Below, piece by piece: positions 7,366 to 15,228 of a stretch of DNA of 32,000 nt (position 1 is its first letter; each line of letters begins with the position of its first letter). The stretch is from Dickeya solani IPO 2222 (GTDB lineage Bacteria; Pseudomonadota; Gammaproteobacteria; Enterobacterales; Enterobacteriaceae): NCBI RefSeq assembly GCF_001644705.1, contig NZ_CP015137.1, forward strand, positions 4,560,001-4,592,000, read 5' to 3'. A program made the translations under genes and the position numbers. Under the pieces are notes generated by a model that made no database searches, was not told where the DNA came from, and saw nothing but the letters and a program-made list of their open reading frames with translations.

Positions 7366-8031
7366 ATGAAAGCATTCGCACGGGCCGCCCAGCCAGCCAT
7401 CGTGGCTCTGACCCTCTTTTTGGCCGGTTGTTCTGGTAACCAGCAACCCTTACGCTACACCGGTATTGGATCATCAGCCCAGTTGACCCCTAACAGCGGT
7501 GATGCATCCGACCGAATCCCCTTCAAGTACGCCGCCCCGGTTGACTGGAAAAAATACAACAGCGTTATCATTGAGCCCGTCGTGGTGTATTCAGGCAGCG
7601 ACAATCAGTTTGGCGACCTGTCCACGTCTGACAGGCAACGACTTGCCGCCTATATGCAAACAAAGTTCGAAGAGGCGCTGCGCCCGCGTTTCAGACAGGC
7701 GACAGCATCCGCGCCGGACGCTTTACGTCTGAAACTGACGCTTACCGGTGCAGAAACCACCACGCAGGTCGTGGGAACATTCACCAAGTTCGATCTTGCC
7801 GGCGGGCCTTACAACATCGTGCAATCTATCCGCGGCAAAGAAGGCATGTTCAGCGGATCGGTGAGTTATGCTGTCGAGATCTACGACTCTACTTCCAACC
7901 GCTTGCTTCATGCCTATGTCGCCAGGCAATACCCGAACGCCATGAACGTTTCTGCCACCATTGGCTCGTTGAGCGCGGCAGAAGTCGGGCTCGATAAAGG
8001 TGCGGACGAACTGGCCGGCATACTGAAATAA
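7366..8031 (+). CDS. Putative lipoprotein (possibly DUF3313 family)
   Basis: A 221-aa ORF. The signal peptide has the lipobox MKAFARAAQPAIVALTLFLAGC|SGN. The family assignment is from memory of similar ~220-aa lipoproteins only and is not verified. Confidence 0.7.
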   Translation: MKAFARAAQPAIVALTLFLAGCSGNQQPLRYTGIGSSAQLTPNSGDASDRIPFKYAAPVDWKKYNSVIIEPVVVYSGSDNQFGDLSTSDRQRLAAYMQTKFEEALRPRFRQATASAPDALRLKLTLTGAETTTQVVGTFTKFDLAGGPYNIVQSIRGKEGMFSGSVSYAVEIYDSTSNRLLHAYVARQYPNAMNVSATIGSLSAAEVGLDKGADELAGILK

Positions 8032-8110
8032 GGTATCCCGTTGACCGACAGCATCGCCCGTGACGTGTTCCCGCAGGCGCCCCGCGGTTATGCCGGTGAA
8101 TGTTAAAAAC

Positions 8111-8148
8111 AACAGATAATCGAAAGCCGGTTATCTGTTTCACCTTTT
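8111..8148 (+). terminator. Strong hairpin (terminator or attenuator) between the lipoprotein gene and the pqiA-like gene
   Basis: AACAGATAATCG (8111-8122) pairs with CGGTTATCTGTT (8128-8139), a 12-bp stem with one G-T pair and a 5-nt loop. TCACCTTTT follows, so the T-run is offset by 5 nt. Confidence 0.5.
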
Positions 8149-8175
8149 AAATCTTGCTGAGTCTTGTCCGCCGAG

Positions 8176-8805
8176 ATGAAAAGCTACCCGTATTTGATCG
8201 CTTGTCCACACTGTGGTTGCGTGTATCGCCTCCGCCCCCTGGTCGGCAACGATGTGGCGCAGTGTGGGCGTTGCCTGACCATTCTCTATCGTTCCTCGTC
8301 GATGAGTCCGGCACGTTTGCTCCCTCTGGCCTGTGCTTCTGCCATCACCTTTTGGATGGCCAATACCTGGCCTGTCATGACGGTGAGTTTTCATGGACTA
8401 ACGCATGACGTGACGCTCTGGCAATCCATGTGGTCGCTTGCTCAGGACGATACCTTCTTTCTGGCGTGGTGTGCGGTGCTGTTTCTCATTCTTGCTCCTT
8501 CATTACAAATCATGCTGTTAACCTGGATTTTGTTGTTCGTAAGCGCCCGCCGGCGGGCGCCGGGCTTTATCGCCATCATGAAAACGCTGAGGTGGCTGCG
8601 CCCCTGGAACATGATGGAAGTGGGTCTGCCTGGTTTTCTGGTCGCGGCGGTGAAATTGTCCGGTCTGCTGGATGTCTCTGTCGAGCCCGGAGGGTGGTTT
8701 CTGGTTGCCTCATTGGTGCTGGTTCTGATCATTACCCGTCAGGATAATCATTGGCTGTGGTCGCTTGACTCGGCTGTTCACCGCGGAAGGACGCATCATG
8801 CATAA
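8176..8805 (+). CDS. PqiA-family integral membrane protein, half-size (first of a split pair)
   Basis: N-terminal zinc-ribbon-like CPHCGCVYRL...CGRC is followed by hydrophobic segments, as in each half of E. coli PqiA. The start is uncertain (TTG 8164 or ATG 8176). Confidence 0.8.
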   Translation: MKSYPYLIACPHCGCVYRLRPLVGNDVAQCGRCLTILYRSSSMSPARLLPLACASAITFWMANTWPVMTVSFHGLTHDVTLWQSMWSLAQDDTFFLAWCAVLFLILAPSLQIMLLTWILLFVSARRRAPGFIAIMKTLRWLRPWNMMEVGLPGFLVAAVKLSGLLDVSVEPGGWFLVASLVLVLIITRQDNHWLWSLDSAVHRGRTHHA

Positions 8806-9418
8806 GGCGCCTTCGGCCCGGCAGATGAATGTCTGCGATTGCCCGGTTTGCGGTCTGGTTTGCGATGTGCCGGCGGCGAATGACAGCGCGGCCCGTTGCC
8901 CGCGTTGCTATACCCGACTTGATGCGCGTTTCCCGAGAGGTACCGCTTTGTCGTGGGCTTTGCTGCTTGCAGCCCTGATTTTTTATATTCCAGCCAATAC
9001 CCTGCCGGTGATGTACACCAGCCAGATCGCCAGCGGCGGTGAAAGCACGATTATGACTGGCGTTGTCGACTTCTGGCAGCACGGTTCGTATGGCATTGCC
9101 CTGATCATATTTATTGCCAGCGTCGTCATTCCTTGCATGAAATTCCTGTCCCTAATGATCCTGCTGGTCACCGCCCGTCGGAAAAGCGCATGGGCAAGAC
9201 GCGAACGAACCCAGCTCTATCGCATAACGGAATGGATCGGCCGCTGGTCCATGCTGGATGTGATTGTCGTTGCGGTGGTGTGCAGCCTGATTCGTTTTCA
9301 TACGCTGGGCGAAGCGGAACCCCGCCCCGGCATCCTGTTTTTTGGACTGGTGGTTATCCTGACCATGCTCTCCGCCATGAGTTTCGACCCGCGTTCGATC
9401 TGGGAGGATGAGCAATGA
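8798..9418 (+). CDS. PqiA-family integral membrane protein, half-size (second of a split pair)
   Basis: CPVCGLVCDV...CPRC plus hydrophobic segments. I chose ATG 8798 because GGAAGGA lies 6 nt upstream. It overlaps the upstream stop by 8 nt (ATGCATAA, 8798-8805). Confidence 0.8.
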   Translation: MHKAPSARQMNVCDCPVCGLVCDVPAANDSAARCPRCYTRLDARFPRGTALSWALLLAALIFYIPANTLPVMYTSQIASGGESTIMTGVVDFWQHGSYGIALIIFIASVVIPCMKFLSLMILLVTARRKSAWARRERTQLYRITEWIGRWSMLDVIVVAVVCSLIRFHTLGEAEPRPGILFFGLVVILTMLSAMSFDPRSIWEDEQ

Positions 9419-11115
9419 ATCCGATGTTACCGGGTGAGATCACCGCCATTCGCCGCCACTGGCGTCATGCGTTTATCTGGCTCGTCCCGGTTATCGCGCT
9501 GGCGATCAGCCTCGCCATGCTGGTTCAGTCTCGCCTGTCCGCCGGGCCTGACATCACCCTTTCCTTTCGCAGTGCGACGGGGCTTGAAGCCGGCAAAACC
9601 ACGGTCAAATACAAAGACGTCACGGTCGGCGTGGTAAAAGATATCGTTATTAACGATGACGGTTCCCGTGTTCTGGTCAGGGTTCAACTGAACAAAAACG
9701 CAGAAAATCTGGCGCGCAGCGGCTCACGGTTTTGGGTCGTCAGGCCACGCGTGGGGATGAGCGGCGTCAGCGGCATTGATACCCTGTTGTCCGGCGCCTA
9801 TATCGGTGTGGATAAAGGCTATTCATCGGAAACCCGGCGCGAGTTTACCGGTCTGGAAACCCCGCCCGCCATTATCAATGACATGCCTGGGAGCCACTTT
9901 GTCATTGACGCCGACGACTTGGGGTCGTTGGATATCGGCTCGCCGGTTTACTACCGCCGGGTGCAGGTCGGACGTCTTGCCTCTTATCATCTGAAAGAAG
10001 ACGGCCGTGGCGTCAGTTTGCAGGTTTTCATTGATGCGCCTTATGACCGACTGGTGCAGCCTGACACCCGTTTCTGGAATGTCAGCGGTGTCGACTTATC
10101 CGTCGGCGCCAACGGCTTTCGCCTGAAAACGCAGACTGTAGCCGCGGTGCTGGCCGGCGGCATCGCGTTTGCCGCACCGGAAAGTAATACGGAAGACAAT
10201 ACGGAAAGCAATAAAGATAGCCATAAAACGCCGGCTATTAACCCTCCTGTCAGCTACCGACTGGCGCAGGATCAGGAATCCGCCATGTCGGCGCCGGATG
10301 GGCAGGCGATTCCATTCCGGCTTCGGTTTGAGCGAGCGTTGCATGGGCTGGACGTCGGCGCGCCGGTAGAGTTTTCCAGTGTCACCATCGGTCGGGTCAC
10401 GGCTATCTCGCTGGACTATAATCCCACTGGCTATCGTTTCCCGACGATAGTGGATGTTGAGGTATACCCCGCTCGTTTGGGGAATTTGCTGGATAAACTG
10501 CCCGGTTCATCGCCATCTGAACCCCCTTCTCCTGCAGAAACAGTCAACAAAGCCGCCCAATTCACCCGCGACCTTGTCGCCCACGGGCTACGGGCCCAGG
10601 CGGTTCCCGGCAACCTGTTAACCGGGCAGTTGTATGTTTCATTCGATTTTGTGCCTGATGCCCCCAACGTCCTCTTTAATCCAAACACCCGCCCCATCGA
10701 ATTACCGACCGTCAGCGGCGGGCTGGATAAACTGCAGGCGCAATTGGGCAGTATCGTCGCCAAAGTTAACAACATGCCGCTGGAGTCCATCGGCAACAAC
10801 CTGAACAACACCCTGGTTGAGCTGAGCAAGACGTTGCGTCTGGTCAATAACCAGACATTGCCGACCGCCAACAGCCTGATGAAACAAACGCAACTGACGA
10901 CGGAAAACGCTCAGGAACTGATCGCGGAAGACTCGCCATTGCTGATTCATTTCACCCAAACGTTGCAGGAGACCAGCCGGACGCTACGTACCCTGCGGGA
11001 GTTTACGGAACAGCTGGAGCGTAACCCGGAGTCGCTGCTGCGCGGACGCTCATCGGACTCGGCCCTGGACACAGCGGATGGCCATCCTGCTTCCCCAAAA
11101 GGAAAACAGCCATGA
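9415..11115 (+). CDS. PqiB-like multi-MCE-domain protein
   Basis: 566 aa. N-terminal TM segment FIWLVPVIALAISLAMLV. Three MCE-type repeats (GLEAGKTTVKYKDVTVGVV, LDIGSPVYYRRVQVGRL, GLDVGAPVEFSSVTIGRV) and a long helical C-terminus. Architecture and size resemble E. coli PqiB. ATGA overlap with the upstream gene at 9415-9418. Confidence 0.88.
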   Translation: MNPMLPGEITAIRRHWRHAFIWLVPVIALAISLAMLVQSRLSAGPDITLSFRSATGLEAGKTTVKYKDVTVGVVKDIVINDDGSRVLVRVQLNKNAENLARSGSRFWVVRPRVGMSGVSGIDTLLSGAYIGVDKGYSSETRREFTGLETPPAIINDMPGSHFVIDADDLGSLDIGSPVYYRRVQVGRLASYHLKEDGRGVSLQVFIDAPYDRLVQPDTRFWNVSGVDLSVGANGFRLKTQTVAAVLAGGIAFAAPESNTEDNTESNKDSHKTPAINPPVSYRLAQDQESAMSAPDGQAIPFRLRFERALHGLDVGAPVEFSSVTIGRVTAISLDYNPTGYRFPTIVDVEVYPARLGNLLDKLPGSSPSEPPSPAETVNKAAQFTRDLVAHGLRAQAVPGNLLTGQLYVSFDFVPDAPNVLFNPNTRPIELPTVSGGLDKLQAQLGSIVAKVNNMPLESIGNNLNNTLVELSKTLRLVNNQTLPTANSLMKQTQLTTENAQELIAEDSPLLIHFTQTLQETSRTLRTLREFTEQLERNPESLLRGRSSDSALDTADGHPASPKGKQP

Positions 11116-11717
11116 GATTGATATTACCGCTGCTGTCTGTCATCACGGTGCTGACGCTACCGGCCTGCCGTTCCCCGCAGGTTCGCTACCATACGCTGGT
11201 TCCCCCTGCCGCCGGGGCGGTATACCCGCACCCGACGCCATTCGCGATTGATTTATTACCGGTCGATGTACCGGCACAGGTGGACAGACAGCAGGTGGTG
11301 ATTCGCACCGGTCAGGATAGTGCCATGATCCTTGACAGCGATCGTTGGCTGAGTCCGCTGAGCGATGAGATTCATACGGCGCTATCATCACTGCTGGTCC
11401 AGCGCTCGGGCGCCCAAAATGCGTCGGGGCAGCCCCTGCCGCGCGATATTCCTGTGTTGCGGATCCGCATGCAGATTCGGCGTTTTGACAGTTGGCCCGG
11501 CCAGTTCGTCTCACTCGACGCCGACTGGAGCCTGACCGTAAAAAATGGAGATAAACACCTCAAACTGTCTTGCCGCAGTCAGTTGACTGAACGCGCCGCC
11601 GGAGATAACGCGCGGCTGTTTTCTGCCTGGCAGACGATTATTGAGCGAGTCGCGACACAGATGACGGAAACCGCCCGGCAATGGCAACAACATGGGAACA
11701 TGGCGTGTCAATCGTGA
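11112..11717 (+). CDS. PqiC/YmbA-like lipoprotein (ABC-type transport auxiliary component, DUF330)
   Basis: Signal peptide with lipobox VLTLPAC|RSPQVRYHTL, the Cys followed by the xxYYxL-type motif of this family. 201 aa. ATGA overlap with the pqiB-like stop at 11112-11115. Confidence 0.8.
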   Translation: MRLILPLLSVITVLTLPACRSPQVRYHTLVPPAAGAVYPHPTPFAIDLLPVDVPAQVDRQQVVIRTGQDSAMILDSDRWLSPLSDEIHTALSSLLVQRSGAQNASGQPLPRDIPVLRIRMQIRRFDSWPGQFVSLDADWSLTVKNGDKHLKLSCRSQLTERAAGDNARLFSAWQTIIERVATQMTETARQWQQHGNMACQS

Positions 11718-11796
11718 AGCGGAATCATAAAACGAAAAAGCAGCGTATAAACAAACAGAGGATGCGTCAGTGTGGTGATGGCAGACGTTTCCTGAA

Positions 11797-11835
11797 GCCA
11801 GAGCCAGCTCGGTCACCCGGTCTGGCTCCTTTTCA
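11797..11835 (+). terminator. Possible terminator after the pqi-like operon
   Basis: GAGCCAG (11801-11807) can pair with CTGGCTC (11822-11828). Alternatively AGCCAGA can pair with TCTGGCT. CTTTTC follows. The stem is short and the loop long. Confidence 0.35.
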
Positions 11836-11852
11836 CACCCAGAGGCGTCGCG

Positions 11853-11933
11853 CTAAATATGACTGCCGATAGACAGACAACCGTTCAGGATCATAGCGGC
11901 CATGATGATACAAACCAGCCCAATAATTCTCAT
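11853..11933 (-). CDS. Mini-ORF 2: 26-aa hydrophobic peptide with lipobox-like ILNGC
   Basis: ATG 11933-11931 is preceded by GAGGA 6 nt upstream. Product MRIIGLVCIIMAAMILNGCLSIGSHI, stop TAG 11855-11853. It is a paralogue of mini-ORF 1 and falls below the ORF-track size cutoff. Confidence 0.5.
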   Translation of the reverse strand: MRIIGLVCIIMAAMILNGCLSIGSHI

Positions 11934-11971
11934 GTTTTTTCCTCACTCACAACCGAATAAGATGGATTCCC

Positions 11972-12043
11972 CTAGAACAGGGAGACACAGCCGGTCAGCA
12001 TACAGACAGCCGCAGCAAATCCTGCCAACGCCAGAATTTTCAT
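11972..12043 (-). CDS. Mini-ORF 1: 23-aa hydrophobic peptide with canonical lipobox LTGC
   Basis: ATG 12043-12041 is preceded by GAGGAA 6 nt upstream. Product MKILALAGFAAAVCMLTGCVSLF, stop TAG 11974-11972. It lies directly downstream of the promoter/operator at 12062-12104. Confidence 0.55.
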   Translation of the reverse strand: MKILALAGFAAAVCMLTGCVSLF

Positions 12044-12061
12044 ACTCTATTCCTCAATAAT

Positions 12062-12104
12062 TAAACTGTACGGTTTAGTTTATATAAAGAAAAAACACTG
12101 TCAA
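12062..12104 (-). promoter_or_regulatory. Candidate sigma70 promoter with overlapping 16-bp palindromic operator (copy 2)
   Basis: On the minus strand: TTGACA (12104-12099), a 16-nt spacer, then TAAACT as the -10-like hexamer. The palindrome lies at 12062-12077 (plus strand TAAACTGTACGGTTTA, 14 of 16 self-complementary). The mini-ORF 1 ATG is 19 nt beyond the palindrome. Confidence 0.55.
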
Positions 12105-12254
12105 GCCGCTGATTGTCTGAAAAAGAGTGATGAAGGCGTACCAAAAAACGTCGCTGCGTGGCGTACGCTATCGTTGAACAAACGTCACGCAGATGAGATT
12201 AACGAGGGAAATGTTGGATTTATTATCCCAATAGGCAACCGGCTTGCCGGTGAG

Positions 12255-12881
12255 TCATTTGCCTGCCTGAGGGGATGCCCCATGCAGGAAAAGCTGGACG
12301 CCGTTTCTCACCATGTCGTTGATACGGGCGGTCGAATAATCAGGCAGTTCACGCTGCAATAGCACCGCATCCGCTTCTGCTTTAACCAGCGATGTGAACT
12401 GCATGGCTCTCAGCATCGGATCAGACGGAGCCAGTTCGCCTGTTTTCATGGCGTCGGCCATGAGATCGGCCAGCCTGGCCATGCTTTCTTTCGGCCCTGA
12501 TCCCTGAAACAAGGCACCGATATCTGAGTGACCCGCCTCGCCAACCACAATACGATAAATTTGCAATGCCGGGTTCCCGCCGGTCAGAACATGCATCATT
12601 TTTTCACCAAAACGCGTCAGCTTGTTCTCCAGAGAACGCTGCCCGTCTTCCGGTACGTCGAGCTCCGCCGCTGCTTCCGTCAAAAAACGCGTACTGTAGG
12701 TGCGCACAACCGTCTCAAACAACGCTTCTTTTGAAGGAAAATAGTTATAGAGCGTCGCCTTTGACCCCCCTGCACGCTTAGCCACTTCATTCATGGACGC
12801 CCGTTCGTATCCCGTTTCCTGAAACAATTGGGCGGCGGCATCGATAATGGCCTGCCGTTTTTCCTCAGTCAGTGTTCGCAT
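12255..12881 (-). CDS. TetR/AcrR-family transcriptional regulator
   Basis: 208 aa. The N-terminal HTH region KRQAIIDAAAQLFQETGYERASMNEVAKRAGGSKATLYNYFPSKEALF is a textbook TetR_N domain. Confidence 0.9.
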   Translation of the reverse strand: MRTLTEEKRQAIIDAAAQLFQETGYERASMNEVAKRAGGSKATLYNYFPSKEALFETVVRTYSTRFLTEAAAELDVPEDGQRSLENKLTRFGEKMMHVLTGGNPALQIYRIVVGEAGHSDIGALFQGSGPKESMARLADLMADAMKTGELAPSDPMLRAMQFTSLVKAEADAVLLQRELPDYSTARINDMVRNGVQLFLHGASPQAGK

Positions 12882-12937
12882 TACTCCTCCTCTGGCACCT
12901 GTCCGGGATCATTCAGTCGGCATTATTTTTAGGTAAC

Positions 12938-12953
12938 CGGACAGTACAGTTTA
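12938..12953 (-). promoter_or_regulatory. Third, weaker copy of the palindrome upstream of the TetR gene (candidate autoregulatory operator)
   Basis: The plus strand reads CGGACAGTACAGTTTA. The minus strand reads CATAAT-TAAACTGTACTGTCCG. One half-site and the GTAC centre are perfect and the other half is degenerate. It lies 57-72 nt upstream of the TetR start codon. Confidence 0.4.
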
Positions 12954-13322
12954 ATTATGCCGCAGTATGCCACATTTCAGCGATCCAAGAAACCGAGCGG
13001 TATTCGCTATCCCCCTTCTGTGTAAGTCGAATGTCGATCACAGCTCGTTCAGCAGTTAAAATTGTACATTTGTATTAAATTAGACATTTAATTACTAAAA
13101 TGTCATTTATATTGGGTTTTATCAGAATTAAATTCCAACTATAAAATAATAAATGTTTTTTTTATCCAAAAGTTCATTCTGTTTTTTTGAGCAAGACTGT
13201 CAAATCCACGCTATTCTCTTCTTGCTGCCAGTAAGGATACGATGCAGGCCAGATTACGGAACGCCCGATACCGCCCGCTTTCATCGCGGGCTGGCGTTCC
13301 CGCTGACGCCCGGAGAGGAACC

Positions 13323-13883
13323 ATGAGATCGAAAAGCGAAATCACCACAGAACAATTGATACGCAGCGCAGCGGCCATCATTCAGCGTGATGGTCTGCAT
13401 GCCTGTACTCACCGGGCAGTAGCTGAAGAAGCGCAGATGTCGTTGGGCGCCACCACCTACCACTTTAAAACGCTGGATGACCTGCTGGTCGCGGTGATGC
13501 ACCAGGCGATTGAAAACTTTTCACTCAGCACCCGGCATTGGCTTTCTCTGCAGGGAACCGACGATCCCGCCGGGATCCTGACCGATTTCGTATTCTGGAC
13601 TATCGGCGAGCGCTCAAGGCTGACTCGCGAGTACGAACTGTTTGTCGCCGCGGTTTCCCGCCCTTTTCTGCGGCCGCACGCTGCCGAGTGGCTACATGCT
13701 CACGAAACAATATTGGGCGAACATTTCGGTTTCAGCCACACGGTGTCGCAAGCGGCGGTATCGTTCACCGACGCCTGGCTGATGCGCGGCATTCTGAGCG
13801 GCGTCGATGACTTGCCGGATGCGGGTGTGATTCGGGCAGCTTTTCACGCCATCGTCACCAACAGGTCCGCTATCGGTCCTTAA
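13323..13883 (+). CDS. TetR-family transcriptional regulator (second)
   Basis: I placed the start at ATG 13323 (GGAGAGGA upstream) rather than the ORF-track start 13242. TTEQLIRSAAAIIQRDGLHACTHRAVAEEAQMSLGATTYHFKTLDDLL is a TetR_N HTH. Confidence 0.85.
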   Translation: MRSKSEITTEQLIRSAAAIIQRDGLHACTHRAVAEEAQMSLGATTYHFKTLDDLLVAVMHQAIENFSLSTRHWLSLQGTDDPAGILTDFVFWTIGERSRLTREYELFVAAVSRPFLRPHAAEWLHAHETILGEHFGFSHTVSQAAVSFTDAWLMRGILSGVDDLPDAGVIRAAFHAIVTNRSAIGP

Positions 13884-14011
13884 AACACGCCTGTGCGGGT
13901 CATGGTCACTCGCACCCATTGAAACTGAAACGACATGTATTCCTCCGGGGCGGCACACTCCCCCGGCAGGCATGGCTTTGCCGGTAATAAACGACCGGCG
14001 AAAACTGGAGC

Positions 14012-14045
14012 AGTACCTACACGGGAAAAGTACCTACACGTAACC
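14012..14045 (+). repeat. Tandem 17-bp duplication just upstream of the binding-protein gene
   Basis: AGTACCTACACGGGAAA (14012-14028) is followed by AGTACCTACACGTAACC (14029-14045). The first 12 nt are identical. The repeat ends 12 nt before the ATG at 14058. Confidence 0.8.
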
Positions 14046-14057
14046 AAGGACTATCGT

Positions 14058-15179
14058 ATGAAGAATGTGAATAACGCGATGAAGGCAGCCGGGCTGATGC
14101 TGGCTCTCGCGGGAAGCACGGCGGCCTTTGCCGGGAATGCCGTCGCCACGCCGGAACAGCGATCGCTGGACCAAATTTACCAGAGCGCGCTGAGAGAAGG
14201 CGGTGTGGTCACGGTCTACGCCGGCGGCGACACCGCGGGCCAGCAGGATGGCATCAAGCAAGCGTTCGAAAAGCGCTTTCCGGGCATGACACTGAATGTT
14301 GTCGTGGATTACAGCAAATTTCACGATGCCCGCATCGACAACCAGCTGGCTACCGACAGCCTGATTCCGGACGTCGTTCAGCTACAGACGTTGCAGGATT
14401 ATCCGCGCTGGAAAAAGGAAGGCGTGCTGCTGAACTACAAGCCTGCGGGCTGGGACAAGATCTGGCCGACATTTCGGGATCAGGACGGTGCCTGGACCGG
14501 TATTTTCGTCGATGCGTTCAGTAATGTGGTCAACACCAAGTTGATCGATCAGAAAGCCTGGCCGCGTGAAGCCAATGATTACCTGCGCCCTGACCTGAAA
14601 GGGAAAATCGTTGTCACCTACCCGAACGACGACGATGCCGTGCTGTTCTGGTTCAAACAGGTGGTGGATAAATACGGCTGGGATTATGTGGCGAAGTTCA
14701 GCGAACAAGAGCCGGTTTACGTGCGTGGTACTCAGGCGCCGGCGGACGATGTGGAAAGCGGCAAGTCCGCGGTAACCTTCTCCACTGACGGCGCGCTGGT
14801 TCCTGACGCCAAAGCCAATTCCCGCTTTGTGCTGCCGACGCAAGATCCATTTGTCGCCTGGGCGCAGCGCGCGGCAATCTTCAAACAGGCCAAACACCCA
14901 GAATCCGCCAGGCTGTATCTGAGCTGGCTGCTGGATCCGAAAACCCAGACCGACGTCTGGTATATGTGGTCGGTTCGCACCGATGTAGCGCCGCCGGCCG
15001 GTTACAAGCACATCTGGGAATACAAGAACACCAGTCCGGAAGCCTTCGAGCGTTTCATGAGTGACCGGGCGGCAGTCGAACGCTTCAGAGCGCAGATCGG
15101 TTTGTATCTGGGCGAAGTTAAAGGTGAACCGTCGCCGGGCTGGCTCGGCCTTCACCCAGAACAGGCGCTGCCGCACTAA
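14058..15179 (+). CDS. Periplasmic ABC-transporter substrate-binding protein (solute-binding family 1 type), orphan
   Basis: Start at ATG 14058 with AAGGA upstream. Signal peptide MKNVNNAMKAAGLMLALAGSTAAFA. Length is about 373 aa. The general SBP pattern is present (VVTVYAGGD..., DVVQLQ, FVDAFSNVVN). No permease or ATPase gene is adjacent, and I do not recognise the ligand class. Confidence 0.7.
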   Translation: MKNVNNAMKAAGLMLALAGSTAAFAGNAVATPEQRSLDQIYQSALREGGVVTVYAGGDTAGQQDGIKQAFEKRFPGMTLNVVVDYSKFHDARIDNQLATDSLIPDVVQLQTLQDYPRWKKEGVLLNYKPAGWDKIWPTFRDQDGAWTGIFVDAFSNVVNTKLIDQKAWPREANDYLRPDLKGKIVVTYPNDDDAVLFWFKQVVDKYGWDYVAKFSEQEPVYVRGTQAPADDVESGKSAVTFSTDGALVPDAKANSRFVLPTQDPFVAWAQRAAIFKQAKHPESARLYLSWLLDPKTQTDVWYMWSVRTDVAPPAGYKHIWEYKNTSPEAFERFMSDRAAVERFRAQIGLYLGEVKGEPSPGWLGLHPEQALPH

Positions 15180-15228
15180 GTTATCCGCCACGTCACACGT
15201 GAGTGTATGACATACCGCTCATTTGCCA

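Noticed and set aside
11681-11872. 63-aa basic ORF overlapping the end of the pqiC-like gene.
   Set aside because: It overlaps a supported gene and a terminator-like hairpin, has a Lys/Arg-rich low-complexity sequence and has no SD.
12105-12254. Terminator for the TetR gene (CTGCGTG..CACGCAG followed by T6 on the minus strand, near 12139-12195).
   Set aside because: The stem is only 7 bp with a ~25-nt loop, and 5 nt separate it from the T-run. That is too weak to annotate. Read-through from the TetR gene into the mini-ORF promoter region therefore cannot be excluded.
14382-15191. A 269-aa minus-strand ORF covering most of the binding-protein gene.
   Set aside because: It is antisense to a gene with a clear signal peptide, SD and terminator. 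Its translation is Arg-rich with no domain signature, so it is a shadow ORF.
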